Positions 1-11,929 of a stretch of 64,000 nucleotides of DNA are shown here, one piece after another. The DNA is taken from contig CM060734.1 of NCBI GenBank assembly GCA_030704615.1, forward strand, positions 45,136,001 to 45,200,000. The letters run 5' to 3'. This stretch comes from Takakia lepidozioides. Lineage: Eukaryota; Plantae; Bryophyta. The notes beneath the pieces were generated by a model that was given only the letters and a program-made list of their open reading frames with translations, searched no databases and was not told where the DNA came from. The first letter of the stretch is position 1; every line of letters begins with the position of its first letter. Both the position numbers and the translations under genes were made by a program.

Positions 1-2272
1 TTTTTTAAATTTTATTTATTTATTTATTTTTTCGCTCGTCGGGCTTCGGGCCTCGGCCCTCCCTCCCAGCGGAACTGGTTTATCATCAAACCAAGATCCG
101 ACGGCCTCGAAACCCGTAAACCAAATCTTGTGGCATTCGTGAAGCACTCTATTCCTGCACTCGCGTAAAATTCACTCGTTTACCGAAGCTAATGACTACC
201 AAGAGGCGGGGACGGGCTCGAAGAAGATTTTTTTTAATTTGTTAAATATTTCTTCAGCATCTGGAAGGTGTAGCAGAATTGGAGAAGCGATTTGCGATAA
301 TGCCAATAGAGACTGCCTAGCTGATTGGGTTTTTTTTTTTTTTTTTTTTTTGATGAGTGTAACTAACTTTTAGCCTCATACTAATGAGACTTCCTACGTC
401 AATATACCAACCTGGATAAAAAGATAGGTGTCATGTGGGACACCATGTGATCGTAGAAATAGAGGGGTTTGTAGGACCGTGAGTACCCAGGGGTACCCTG
501 GGAGACCTAGTGTGCGTTTGAAGAGTCAAATTCTAGTTGGCGTTTGTTGGTGATAATAGCTATGAGTGAGCGGAGTGCCGTGGGATGAATTGCTTTAAAA
601 CATTTATAAATGGGAAGAATGGGGATTTTGAAGTTATCATGTATATCATTGATGCTGACGTTATGAATGCCGCCTCGAGTACCAGCGGTGATGACGGTTA
701 ATGGGCAAGTTTTCTAGCCACGCCGTCGGATTGCAAGGATAAGCGAGGCATATTTTTGTCGTTTTTCTAAGATCGAGTCGTTAGGGTATCAATCATGGCA
801 AAATGTAAATTCAATGAAGTGAATGGTGATTTGTGGGGATGGTGAGGAGGGGGGCAGGGTGTTGATTCACTCCGTAAGGTAGATGAACCTACTCTGGTTC
901 ATTTAAGAAACACAACAGAATTGAGAGACGCACCTTTGGTACCGATATTTTTCTAACGTTGGCAAATGTAAATAAGAATTATTGCAAAAAAACAAAAAAA
1001 ACAAATGATAAAAATCGTAATTTTATCATTGGTGAATATTGAGTAGATCAGAGTGAATATTCAAAATATCAACAAAGTATCAAAGTATCAAAGTATCAAC
1101 ATTCAAAGTATTGAGTGATACTGAGTTGGTGAATATTCAAAGTGAAAATATATAAAATACCCATTGTGGGCTAGTAGAGGGTATTATTCTGGACCAGATA
1201 TCAACCCAACAGTGACAACGTAATGTCCTTAAAGTGCAAGCTTTTAATCCCTTTACTGCCTAATCTGTCCTCATAATGTGATCAAGTCCTGCCAGGAAAC
1301 TGCTCATGCAGTTTATAAAATAAACCTTTCACTTCTAGTAAACTGAGCTCGAGTAACTAGTACTGAACCTGTCCATCTCGATATGCATGGTGGTCCACCA
1401 CTGTCCCAAAACTGACCACGAACTGCTTAAAACTACTCGAGTAGAGTGTACAGACTAATCGTTGGCTTCCTAGAACTGAACAAGATGAAACTCAAACGTG
1501 ATCAGCGATCATGACATGTGATCCATAACACCTTAACTGTTCGGAGGCGTTCCCAAATATTAACTAATACTTCTCTCTAACTGTGCAGTAGTATTTGAAA
1601 TATGGACCACCGGTAATTATTAATCTATCCACTAAGTGATGTCATTATGATCATCTTTGAGTTGAAAGGGTTTACTGCCATTTCCATCCTGGCCCAACAC
1701 GTGACCTAATCTGGACCACTCATAATGAAAGCGCATCTGGTTGGTTTCATGTATTTTTCAAGGGTTCCATTTTAGAAAGTGGCTCGAATTAGGTTTATCT
1801 ACCTTATTAGAGTCTGGCCTTCTACTCTACAGTGCAGAGTGGTCTGCAGGGTCTGCTGGAGGGTCCACTCTACAATCTAGTCCACAGTCCGCTGTAGGGT
1901 CCGCCGCCATAGAAGAACAAGGACTTCGGAAAATTTTCAGAGAGAAACAATACAAAATGTTTAATCTCGCCGTATCCATCTCCTCCTTCATTTTGCTTTC
2001 CACCCCGTTTGTTGTTCTCTCATCATCCGGAGTAGTGGCACAATACTCCAGCTTGGCTCGCTCTCCCGCATCTGCAATTTCTTGCTGTGATACAAGAACG
2101 GTGGCATCGTATTACATCATAGCCCATGTAACGACAACTTCAATCCAAAATAGAAACAACATAGAACTCTGACAAGAACCTACTCTTACCGCGTACAAGT
2201 ACTCGAGGAAAGCTTCCCTCGTCAGATTGTACCAAGTTTCAGACTTCTTGATTGTTTGGCATTTCTTCAGTG

Positions 2273-2410
2273 TGTCGTGCGCATACATATCGCTACACAA
2301 CTACATCGCTGTCCAAAACCACACAACACATGTGCACACCACACACTAGTATACCACTAGTCTACCACTAGTCCAACCACTAGGCTACAACTAGTCAGTC
2401 ACTAGGCTGC
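2273..2410 (-). repeat. Terminal repeat B2 (3' end of element), 138 bp; degenerate similarity extends to ~2450
   Basis: Direct repeat of 2779-2905; contains a short degenerate array of ~11-bp CACTAG-containing units. Confidence 0.93.
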
Positions 2411-2450
2411 CACTACGCTGCCCACTATGCAGTCACCACTAGTCCCACAA

Positions 2451-2776
2451 TGATAAAGAAGAGGAATACAAGCACAAGCTCATGCGAGCTCACAAAGTTG
2501 AAGCATAAACTCAGGCATATATAACCTCATCACTCAAATACAAGTCAAGCCAAGTGCACCCCACGCCATGGGGAATCCACACTACGGCGCCATAGCTAGG
2601 CGCGGTGAGGCTCAACTCGAGAAAGGTGAGCCTCCCGCGCTTGCCGTGAAAATAACCACTCCAGGGCCTAAATCTGCCTTGACCCCTGGATTGACACTTG
2701 GGCCAATCCCAAATTCAATATGTAAAAGCTAGCTATTTCCTAGCTAGTTTCACACTAGTGGTAAAATAACTTGACA
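2451..2776 (-). repeat. Repeat A2 (sub-terminal copy of the 5' repeat), 326 bp
   Basis: tgataaagaagagg...gtaaaataacttgaca, near-identical to 13059-13385. Confidence 0.95.
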
Positions 2777-2778
2777 GC

Positions 2779-2905
2779 TGTCGTGCGCATACATATCGCT
2801 ACACAACTACATCGCTGTCCAAAACCACACAACACATGTGCACACCACACACTAGTCTACCACTAGTCCAACCACTAGGCTACAACTAGTCAGTCACTAG
2901 GCTGC
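2779..2905 (-). repeat. Repeat B1 (internal copy of the 3' terminus), 127 bp; degenerate similarity extends to ~2936
   Basis: tgtcgtgcgcatacatatcg...cactaggctgc, identical to 2273-2410 except that it lacks one 11-bp unit (ataccactagt). Confidence 0.93.
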
Positions 2906-2940
2906 TCCTGTCTATAGGCAGTCACTATCCACACAAATCG

Positions 2941-2948
2941 CCCCCCTA
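2941..2948 (-). promoter_or_regulatory. Short candidate polypurine tract (AGGGGGG) just upstream of extended repeat B1
   Basis: Minus strand reads TAGGGGGGCGATTTGTGTGG. The tract is short and ~4-5 nt from the inferred repeat start. Confidence 0.35.
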
Positions 2949-3194
2949 GCTGGTGCTTAGTCCCTCTAAGTCCAGGTATAGAAGATGTGATAGTGACCAT
3001 AGCCTCACTAAGTCCTCCACCACTATCCCTACTACACTCAAACTCGATAGATCAAGAGGCCGGGTGCAAGAGTTGCCCCATCGTTAGTCGCCGTCTTGCA
3101 ACCTGTGAACTTGAGCTTGGGATCTCATGTTGACTCCTATGAGCTTGGCCTCCCATGTCTTGTTAGCTGCTGCCTCCAGTCATGTCCACTGCCA

Positions 3195-3337
3195 CTATCC
3201 CAAGCAGTGTGGACACAACCAATCTCCGTCAAGAACCTTCTCAAGAGGTGGTGTCAAGCATCCCATATGCAACCCCTTGAGCACCGATCACACACCAGCA
3301 TGGTGGCTGCCCCTTTGGCAGACCCACAGAGCATGCA
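3195..3337 (-). pseudogene. PHD finger at the C-terminus of pol
   Basis: CMLC-x10-CDRC...HMGCLTPPLEKVLDGDWLCPHCLG* gives C4HC3 spacing once a single 1-nt frameshift near 3270 is bridged; stop TAG at 3197-3195. Confidence 0.88.
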
Positions 3338-3419
3338 CCTCAAACCTGCAGGTACCACTGCCAAGTTTGGGTCAACTCTGCCATCGACATTGGGAAGGTG
3401 ACATGGCGCACAATTACGC

Positions 3420-4590
3420 ACATGGTCTTTCCAAGTCATGCCATCCCGACCCTCTAAGATCAGGACCCCTGAGGGCAACACCTCTCGAACCCTCAGAATA
3501 AACACGCACTGCAGTAACATCCAGAGTCGTAGAAGCAGTCTGCTGCAAATAAACATAGTCACCAGGGCTAAACCTCCGAACCCCAGGACGATATCCTCCA
3601 CCACGTATAGTGGGCATACCTCAACGTATCACGGTGCTGTGCAATGGCAAGGTTCTCAAAAGCCATGGGCATGACTTTCTTGAACAACTCTGCACGCTGA
3701 TCACATGCACGTACCTACACGTCCGGATCGTCAAGGTTAAGGACTTTGAGCAGTGTCCCTACGAATGGCTGCAGGCAAATCCGGCTCTCGGCCAAAGAGA
3801 AGGAAATATGGTGAGAAGGAGGCAAGTGATGATGCTTGTTTGCTGAACCTGTAGCCCATGGCTAACCAAGGAACCTGAAAGATCCCAATCTCCTAGGTGT
3901 CCCTTCTGCAAGCCATACTTGCGCAAACCCCTCTTCACCGTCTGAACAACTCTCTCTGCTAAGCCATCGGCCTCAGATGATCCCGAGAAGTGGTGCGGTG
4001 GGTCTATCAAGGCTTTATCACACAAAGCCTGAAACTCCCCCAAGAACTCTCTCCCTTGGTCCGTGAGTACCTCAGCTGGAGCACCAAATCGGCTAAGCAC
4101 ACGATCCAAGAATGCATACGCAGCCCCCTCACTAGCCTTGTCAGGCAATGGAACCAACTCAATCCACTTGGAGAAGTGCTCCACCATCACCAACACATAT
4201 CTATGGTGGCGCATAGTCAGTGGCAACGGTCCTGCGAAGTCAAGACTCCATCTGTAGCCCAATCCCATGATAGGTAAAGGATGCAACTGTGGTGTAGGGG
4301 CGTTGAATGAAGCACGCACCCTGTCACACACCAATGCACCTAGCCACAAACTGTTGCACCTCTGTATGCATACCACGCCACCAATACTGCCCCTGCAGTA
4401 AACTGTGAGTGCGTCGCACTCCAAAATGCCCCAACTCCTCATGGGCATGCCGCACTAACCGTGCACGCTGTGTGGGGTGAGGCACAATCCTCACCCGACC
4501 ATCCTCCCACACTCGAAGTAGGTGTATCCCCTCCCACTTGAACCTCTTGGCTCGTTGCAGGATCCGATCCCTCTCCCTGGCAGTCACAAT
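3420..4590 (-). pseudogene. DDE integrase (HHCC zinc finger, rve core, C-terminal region)
   Basis: HAHEELGHFG...YWWRGM...C; SLDFAGPL (D), TDQGREF (D), GLAERVVQTVK (E); FSPGDYVYL. Confidence 0.92.
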
Positions 4591-4683
4591 GGCTGCCGTG
4601 TCTCCCGTGCGGAGTAGTCCAACACAGCCGAATCCTCATGTATATCTCTGGCACCACCTAGCTCATCACTAGCCTCAGGGTCC

Positions 4684-6255
4684 TCAGACACTCCGTCTAC
4701 AGTCATCCCTGTTTGTAGGTCCAATCTGACCTCCGGATGCCAAGATACACAAAAATGCAGATGCGTGCCATCCCGGCACCATCTCCTCCTCGTCCTCACC
4801 ATGCCACCGAGCTCCAGTGTCATCCTGCTGGCTCATGCATGGATTGCGACTCAATCCATCCGCATCCCGATTGACCAAACCCGGTCGATGCACAACCTGA
4901 AAGTCATACTCCTGGAGTATAAGTGCCCACCGTGCAAGCTTCCCCGTAAGCTTGTCTGACTCCATCAACCACTTGAGTGGCTGGTGATCCGTGACAAGGG
5001 TGAAAAGATTGCCGTATAGATAGCACCTGAAGTGTGCCACGGCCCACACTGCAGCTAAGCACTCTCCCTCATATGAGCTGTACTTAGCCTCTGCAGCGTT
5101 GTTCGAGCGGCTAGCGTAAGCCACTACGAACTCTCTTCCCTCATCATCCACCTGTGTGAGCACCGCTCCAAGCCCCAGCATGCTCCAATCCGTATGCAGC
5201 TGAAAAGGACGCCCCCTGATAGGTCGTCTCAAGATAGGCGCCGAGGTCAACCTCGCCTTGAGCTCTTGAAAAGCTCGTTCCTGCTCTTCCCACTGCCACT
5301 CCTGGTCCACCTTGGTCAGCTTGGTTAGAGCCTTTGCAATGGTACTAAATCCCTTGACAAACCGTCTATAATAGTTTGCCAACCCCATGAAAGCTCGAAC
5401 TCGGCTCACATCCGTGGGGCGTGGAATTTGTGCAATGGCCTCTACCTTAGTTTGCTGTACCCCCAATCCTCCAGGATATATCATGTGACCCAGATACTCA
5501 ATCTGGTTGTGGAAAAACTTGCACTTCCCCGGATGCAACTTCAATCCGTGCGCTCTCAAGCGCATCAATACCACCTGAAGGTGTCTCTCATGCTCCTCCA
5601 TCGTAACACTAAAGATGATGATGTCATCTATGTAGCACCGAGCAAAGTCCACCCCTGCTAGAATCCTATCCATGACTCTCTGAAACTCTGGCAGGAGCAT
5701 TTAAGCCCAAATGGTAAGAACCGCCACTGGTATAGGCAATCCTTGCCGTGCTCATTGATCCCCCAGAATGCTGTCTTCTGCTTGTCCGCCTCCTTGATTG
5801 GCAACTGGTGATTCCGGATCGTAAATCCAAAGTGCTAAAGGCCTTAGCATGCCGATGATGGCATCAAAGATCTCCTCTGGTGTTGGCATGGCATACTTAT
5901 CGGACTTGGTCTGACGATTTACAGGCCGGTAATCACCGCACATACGTCTCTCCGTCCAATTGCCATAGACATCCTTCTTGGCTGGCATCACTGTGGCTGA
6001 AGCATACTCTCCACCAGAGAGCTCCACCAAACCTGCCTCCCAGAGATCTTGAGTCCTCATCTGAATCAAAGACCTCTCCATGTCACTGTATCTATAGGGT
6101 CTCCGAAAGATTGGCGTGTCAGTGGCCAACTCAATACGGATCTCTTGACCCTTCAGTGCTCCCAAGTCCTTCAAACTGAAGGCAAAGCAATTCCTGTAAG
6201 CCCTCAGGAACCGCCGTATACGTCGTCTCTCTTCCTCCGGTGACAATGGGTCCAA
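4684..6255 (-). pseudogene. Reverse transcriptase and RNase H (Ty3/Gypsy type)
   Basis: RRPYRY, RMCGDYRPVN, YIDD catalytic motif, LGHMI, FMGLANYYRRFV; RNase H LHTDWS...GAVL, YEGECLAAVWAV, TDHQPL, ADGLSR. Confidence 0.95.
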
Positions 6256-6559
6256 TGTCAGGCTCCCAATTGTCCTCCGTAACTACAACCTTAAGTCCAG
6301 TGGGCTTAGAGGTAGAGGACGCGTCCCGTGGTTGCTATGCCTGAGAAGAATCCCCAACCTCATCCATCACAGCCGCCTTGGCTGCCAACTCCCTCTGAAC
6401 CTCGAGCACCTCCCACGTGTGCCATGGATGCATGCACCCCGTGGTCCTCATATGCTCGCCCCCACTCACTGCCTGTACCGTCTCGGTAGGCAGAGAGACC
6501 ATTGAGGGAAGTGTATTCCGCACTCTGCGTTGCTCAGCAGAGCCAAGCTGATAATCCAG

Positions 6560-7500
6560 GTCAAGCAATTGAGATCCATTGCTTGCCCCAACACTTGACG
6601 ACGTGATGCCTCAGAAAGAGACGACACCGCCGTGGTACCAGTGGTAAAACCCATTGCCCGCTCACGCTCGTCAGCATTAGGCTCTACTAACTGCTGCAAC
6701 TGAGCATCCCACAGGAGGCCAGGTCCACTATCCCGGAAAGCATGTGATCATGGGAAGCTGAGCAGTGTAGGTAATGCTGCTCGTGGTTGACCCACTTGTT
6801 GACCACTGCTAAAGGCGAACGGTCATCGTGTTCACACGTTGAGACTGCCTCCCTGTGTCCAGAATGTTATCCACTGTGAGATGTGCTGGCCGCTGCACCC
6901 CATCAAATGCACGCTTGAGCAGTGCGGATGGCATCATGTTAGTCCACCATAGCCGTGGACGATGAGCCCGTGACCCCACTGTAGCTGCATCTAGCAACAC
7001 TGTTGACCCAAGCCACGACCGGACTTGATGCACACTGGCCATCACCCTGGCCTGATAATCGCCCATCAGTGGCATATTCTCCAAGATGTATGCTGGAGAT
7101 ACAGCTTGATGAAGCTGCAAGTGGCGCAAAACCCGCACCATCTCCCAAAACAGACCCGACCTCGAGTTCTCGCAATCATTGCATGCCCCGGCTGCATGAA
7201 TGCCCTTGGCAAGGCCAACCTGCCACTACCAAATCAATGGAGCCAACCGCTCCAAATCCTGCGCCCCCAGCAACGAAATGTCTGCTGGCAAGGCCTGTTG
7301 ATATCCACGAATTGCAGACACCGACAACAAACTCAGGGTACCGCTGCACCAACTGAGCAACATGGCGAAGTGAAACGCGTCGTGCAGTCTCATCCCTCTC
7401 CACATACAGGTAACGCCGAACTCGTACACCTGCCTGTAACACAGCAGCCAATCCGGTGCTGATCCCGCCAAACAAGTCCAGAAGACAATGCCTTCATCCG
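6560..7500 (-). pseudogene. C5 cytosine DNA methyltransferase domain (DNMT3-like) embedded in pol
   Basis: Motif I LDLFGGI (~7461-7481), II YLYVERD, IV DLVVAGWPCQG (~7202-7235), VI YILENMP (~7067-7090), VIII AHRPRLWWTN (~6940-6970), IX ERERAMGF (~6645-6672), X RRQVLGQAMD (~6572-6605). Motifs are in canonical order, split across frames. Confidence 0.9.
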
Positions 7501-7853
7501 GAGACTGCCACACAATAGGTGTGGTGTCCAATGGAGACAATTGAGGTGGTCCTGGTGCAATCCCCACACTCTCCTCCTCTCCTGACGGTAACAAAAGCCT
7601 CCACCCAGGCTTTTTGCACCCGTCGATCAGCATCCCGCTGCAAATCCTTGCTCGTGCCCCACAATGGAGTCTGAGCAACCATGGTAGGCAACTCCGCCAT
7701 ACCATACATGTCATCCTGCTCTCCCGGAGGTGGTACATCCTCTGAATGAGCATTGCCCTCAAGCAACTCTCTAGGCCAACTCACTGCCGCTGTGAATGCT
7801 GCTAGTGTCGGCATGCTTGCCTCGCTGGGCAACCGCAACTCCTCCTATGAACG

Positions 7854-8215
7854 TCACAGGAGCTGCACACGCCCCTCCCCTGACTGCCATGCAGGCCTAT
7901 AGGAAGCTGACTCCTCCCAAAAATCCAGGGTGAAGCCCATGGGGTACAACACTGCCCCACCAACCAGGACATCGTATGAGACTGCGTCTGTCACAATGGC
8001 CTTGGCTCGCATCACTGAGCCATCTGTAGGGTGATCCGGCCGTAGTCTGATAGCCAACTCACGCCGTGTCATGCCCCGAGCCTGCTCCGATCCTCCCAGA
8101 GACGTCTGTATCTGGAAAGGACAAGGCTCCATATCCGCCTCCGTGAGGCCCAAGCCTGCAATAGCAGCTCTGCCCAGCATCAATGGCTGAGCTCCCGAGT
8201 CCAACAAGACCGCAG
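7854..8215 (-). pseudogene. Retroviral-type aspartic protease domain
   Basis: LLDSGAQ active-site motif and downstream DVLVGGAVL (DxxLG-like) in ORF 7854-8207. Confidence 0.85.
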
Positions 8216-8922
8216 TGGCCGGTACCTCTTGCCTGCCGGTCCACTCAAACAGAAAATGCCATCCTGGTTGTCTAACATGACAACTCCAGGTGTCACCATG
8301 GCGCGCTCAATGGCTGGCCTAGCTGGCAGCTCCATCAACCTGGCAGCTGCAGCTTGCCATGGCGCCGCCGTGGCAGTCTTGACCCTCAAATCCGAGGATC
8401 CCTCCGGCACTACACCTCCCACTATCTCCGCAGAAGATGAAGTAACCTCCCCACTCTCACAGAGTGTAGCTGCCAGCCTGAACACCTCAGCTGGTCTTAC
8501 CCCGGGCGTCGCAATCATGGTAGCCGAGAACAATGGAGCCTGGCACACAGATGTGGCCGCTCCTAGCAGCACACTAGCTGCCGTAGCCTTGGCAACACTA
8601 GGTAGTGGTGCTACCCGTGTAGCTCTCCCCAATGGCATAGTAACCTCCGCCTCGGTAACAGTCGGGCGAGAACTAGGTGCCATGGATGGCGTCGACACTG
8701 TCTCCGCCAATGTGAATGACTGAGGAAGCCTAGCCTGACGGCTTGCCTCCCCACGCTGTGGATCCAACTCCACCTCTGCACCTCGTGGCTCAGGAACTCG
8801 TGCTGCTCCTCGAGTCACGGCTGCAGCAGACTCCACCTGCACTAGTGGTAGTGCTGCTCCACACATGAATCCCATGCCTCCCATATCTCCTCCCTCAGGA
8901 GCAGGAGGTGGACCATCCGGCC

Positions 8923-10382
8923 TTAGAGCGGTACCACCTGAGCTGTAGCCATGGCAGCGAGCCTCTGCTCTAGCTGCTGAAGGTTGGCCATGCCTTGGTC
9001 AACACCTCCGCCCTTGGCCACGTTGAGCTTGGCCTTGGCTCTGCTGGCACCTCCCCCTCTGGGCTGCTCCACCTCGCCCCGGCCACCATTGTTCCCTTGG
9101 AACTGGCCTGGGCGCAACTCAGGATGCAAACCATAACACTGAGCCTCTCCATGCCCGTGTTTGCCACAATGCCCACACTGTAACTGTGCAGGCTGTGCAT
9201 GTGCCGGCCCTTTGCCTCCCTCTGGACAATCCTTCTTGACATGGGGTCCTCCACATGTCCAGCACACCACATCCGCCCGTTGTTGGCCAGCAAATGAAGG
9301 GAGAGACCCCTGCATCTGAGGTCCTCTCTGCCCTTCCCTGAGCTTCACCTGAGCCCCCTTGTTGCCTTGAGCACGTTGAGGTAGTGGTTGGCTAGGAGCA
9401 CCACTACCCCGTGGTGTCTCCTTAGCAAATCCCACCATGACCACTCGTTCCTCCACCATGTTGAGCTCTATCCGCTCTGCCAGCAAAAACACATTTGCTA
9501 AGGTGGGTTGGGCCGCTTGTAGGAGAGTTGCATCCCGCACCCTTCTCCTCAGCTCCTTGTCCAATATCCCATACCATTGGACTGCCTGAGCTTCCGTAAC
9601 CCCTTGGGTTACATTTATCAAGCGCCTCATGCGAGTGAAAGCCTCCCTCAAGCTCTCGGTCGGCTTCCGTTGGAACTCTTGCAAGCTCCGCAACTTCTCT
9701 GTCCTCACCCCTTGGTAGTTCCCTCTCAACTCTTCGAAGAACTCCACAACAGGGTTGAAGGCAGGCACGGGTGCTAGTGCTGGTGCGGTAGTGGCTTGGG
9801 TGGACGTCGTAGCTACTGTACCACCAGTCCCACTGCTACTTGCTGAAGCTGCCGGTGCAGCGGCAGGTGTAGCCACTGCCCTCGTGGCTCTAGTGCCCCT
9901 AGTGATGGAGACATAGTCGGGTGACCAGTACATCCTCCACTCCTCGATCTCAACCTCATGCCCCCGCCTGAACTCATGGTAATCATCCATAGGCGGCCCC
10001 TCAAGGTGCTGAAACAGCCCTTCCATGCCATGAACGGCGTAAATAGTTGTGGATTGCGCATTTGCTGCAAATCACACCAACTATCAAACTCTTGGATAAA
10101 ATCATCCAACTCGATGGTGCCCACCGCCCCAGAGTACCTTCGTGGCCCCTTGGTAGCTCCATACATCTCCTCCATTGTGTCCCACAACAATGGCAAAGAA
10201 ACAACTTGCACCGCCGGTATGAGCCCTCCTGATTCACAATCCGAATCAGAACCTTCCGTGGAAGACACAGGAGGTGAAGGTGGCCTAAACCGCACACCTC
10301 GTCTCGTGTACCCACTAGTATCGCTAGTGCTCGAACCGGCACTGTCCCCAGCAACTAGTGGCACCTCCGTGTTGACACTCAA
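8923..10382 (-). pseudogene. Retrotransposon gag (frameshifted) with two zinc knuckles
   Basis: ORFs 9813-10382 and 8923-10026 overlap in different frames. They contain a gag-like QRKPTESLREAFTR motif and CWTCGGPHVKKDC / CGHCGKHGHGEAQC CCHC knuckles. Confidence 0.85.
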
Positions 10383-10659
10383 CCGGTCATGAACATGTCC
10401 CTAACCCCCTCTCCACAAGGTAACCGGGTAGAGAACCTGTTGCGGCTTATGGTTTGGAATACTAAGTTCCTAACATAGCCTACACCGGAACTTGCATGAC
10501 CATGGGAATCATGAAGATACTCCTCAAACCGCCCCCACGAGCTTCAAAATTCGGCCTTCCAGACCACATGCCAGTCCTTAGTCCACCAGTGCCTCCACGA
10601 GTCAGCACAGGCCGTCCACAGGTCAACACGGGCCACCACAGACCAGCACAGGCCCCCAC

Positions 10660-11525
10660 AGCTCACTGGTCACAGCCCGTCACAGCCCCAAAGGCCACTG
10701 GGCACAGCCTGTCACAGCCCCTCACAGCCCGTCACAGCCCCAAAGGCCATGGGCACGGCCTGTCACAGCCCCTCACAGCCCGTCACAGCCTCACAGGGCA
10801 CAGGGCACAGCCTGTCACAGCCCATCACAGCCCATCACAGCCTGTCACAGCTTGCCACAGCCCGTCACAGCCTCAAAGGCCTCAGGCACGGCCTGTCACA
10901 GCCCCTCACAGCCCGTCACAGCCCCAAAGGCCATGGGCACCGCCTGTCACAGCTCGCCACAGCCTGTCACAGCCCGTCACAGCCCCACAGGCCTCAGGGC
11001 ACAGCCTGTCACAGCCCCGCACAGCCCGTCACAGCCCCAAAGGCCACTGGGCACAGCCTGTCACAGCCTGACACAGCCCGTCACAGCCCCACAGGGCACA
11101 GCCTGTCACAGCCCATCACAGCCCATCACAGCCCGTCACAGCCCGTCACAGCTCCACAGGGCACAGGGCACAGCCTGTCACAGCCCATCACAGCCCATCA
11201 CAGCCTGTCACAGCTTGCCACAGCCCATCACAGCCCGTCACAGCCCCACAGGCCACTGGGCACAACCTGTCACAGCCCGTCACAGCCCGTCACGGCTCGC
11301 CACAGCCTGACACAGCCCGTCACAGCCCCACAGGGCACAGGGCACAGCCTGTCACAGCCCCTCACAGCCCGTCACAGCCCCAAAGGCCATGGGCACGGCC
11401 TGTCACAGCCCCTCACAGCCCGTCACAGTCTCAAAGGCCTCAGGCACGGCCGGTCACAGCCCCTCACAGCTCGCCACAGCCTGACACAGCCCGTCACAGC
11501 TTGCCACAGCCTGTCAGAGCCCCAC
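10660..11525. repeat. Minisatellite of ~10-bp CACAGCC(C/T)GT-type units with higher-order blocks, in the element's 5' leader
   Basis: Dozens of cacagcccgt/cacagcctgt/cacagcccat units interrupted by caaaggccatggg / cagggca spacers. Confidence 0.95.
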
Positions 11526-11929
11526 ACATGGCCGCTCTGGCAGTTTAACCATTTCTCCAAGGGGTTTAGCCACGCCAAGCTAGGGTTTGTGTCTCTTGGA
11601 CTCTAGGCTTCTTTCCACCAAGCTATGGTGGCTGTGAGGAAATCAGCAAGGTATCCTTGCTCTTTCGGCTCCCACACACCACCATAGTAGCCCTAAGTCA
11701 TGAGGTGGTTGCCACAAACCAAGCCTTCTTTCTCACTTAGCCTCCCCAAACACGCCACTAAACTCAATGGCAAACAACCAAGCCCTGCTGGTTCCCAGCC
11801 CTTGTGAGCACTCATTCAAGCACTCTCATTGGCCATAGTATCTGTCTTAGAGCCTATTCCAGCCCTCTACACCTGTTGCTTCAAGAGTTGCGCTCCCTTC
11901 AAGCTTGAAGTTGAAACCCCAACTCACAT

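Noticed and set aside
10660-11525. CRISPR-like array
   Set aside because: No unique spacers, eukaryotic context, no cas genes.
10496-11606. Long plus-strand ORFs (191, 285, 152 aa)
   Set aside because: Artefacts of the stop-free 10-bp minisatellite; low complexity and antisense to the element.
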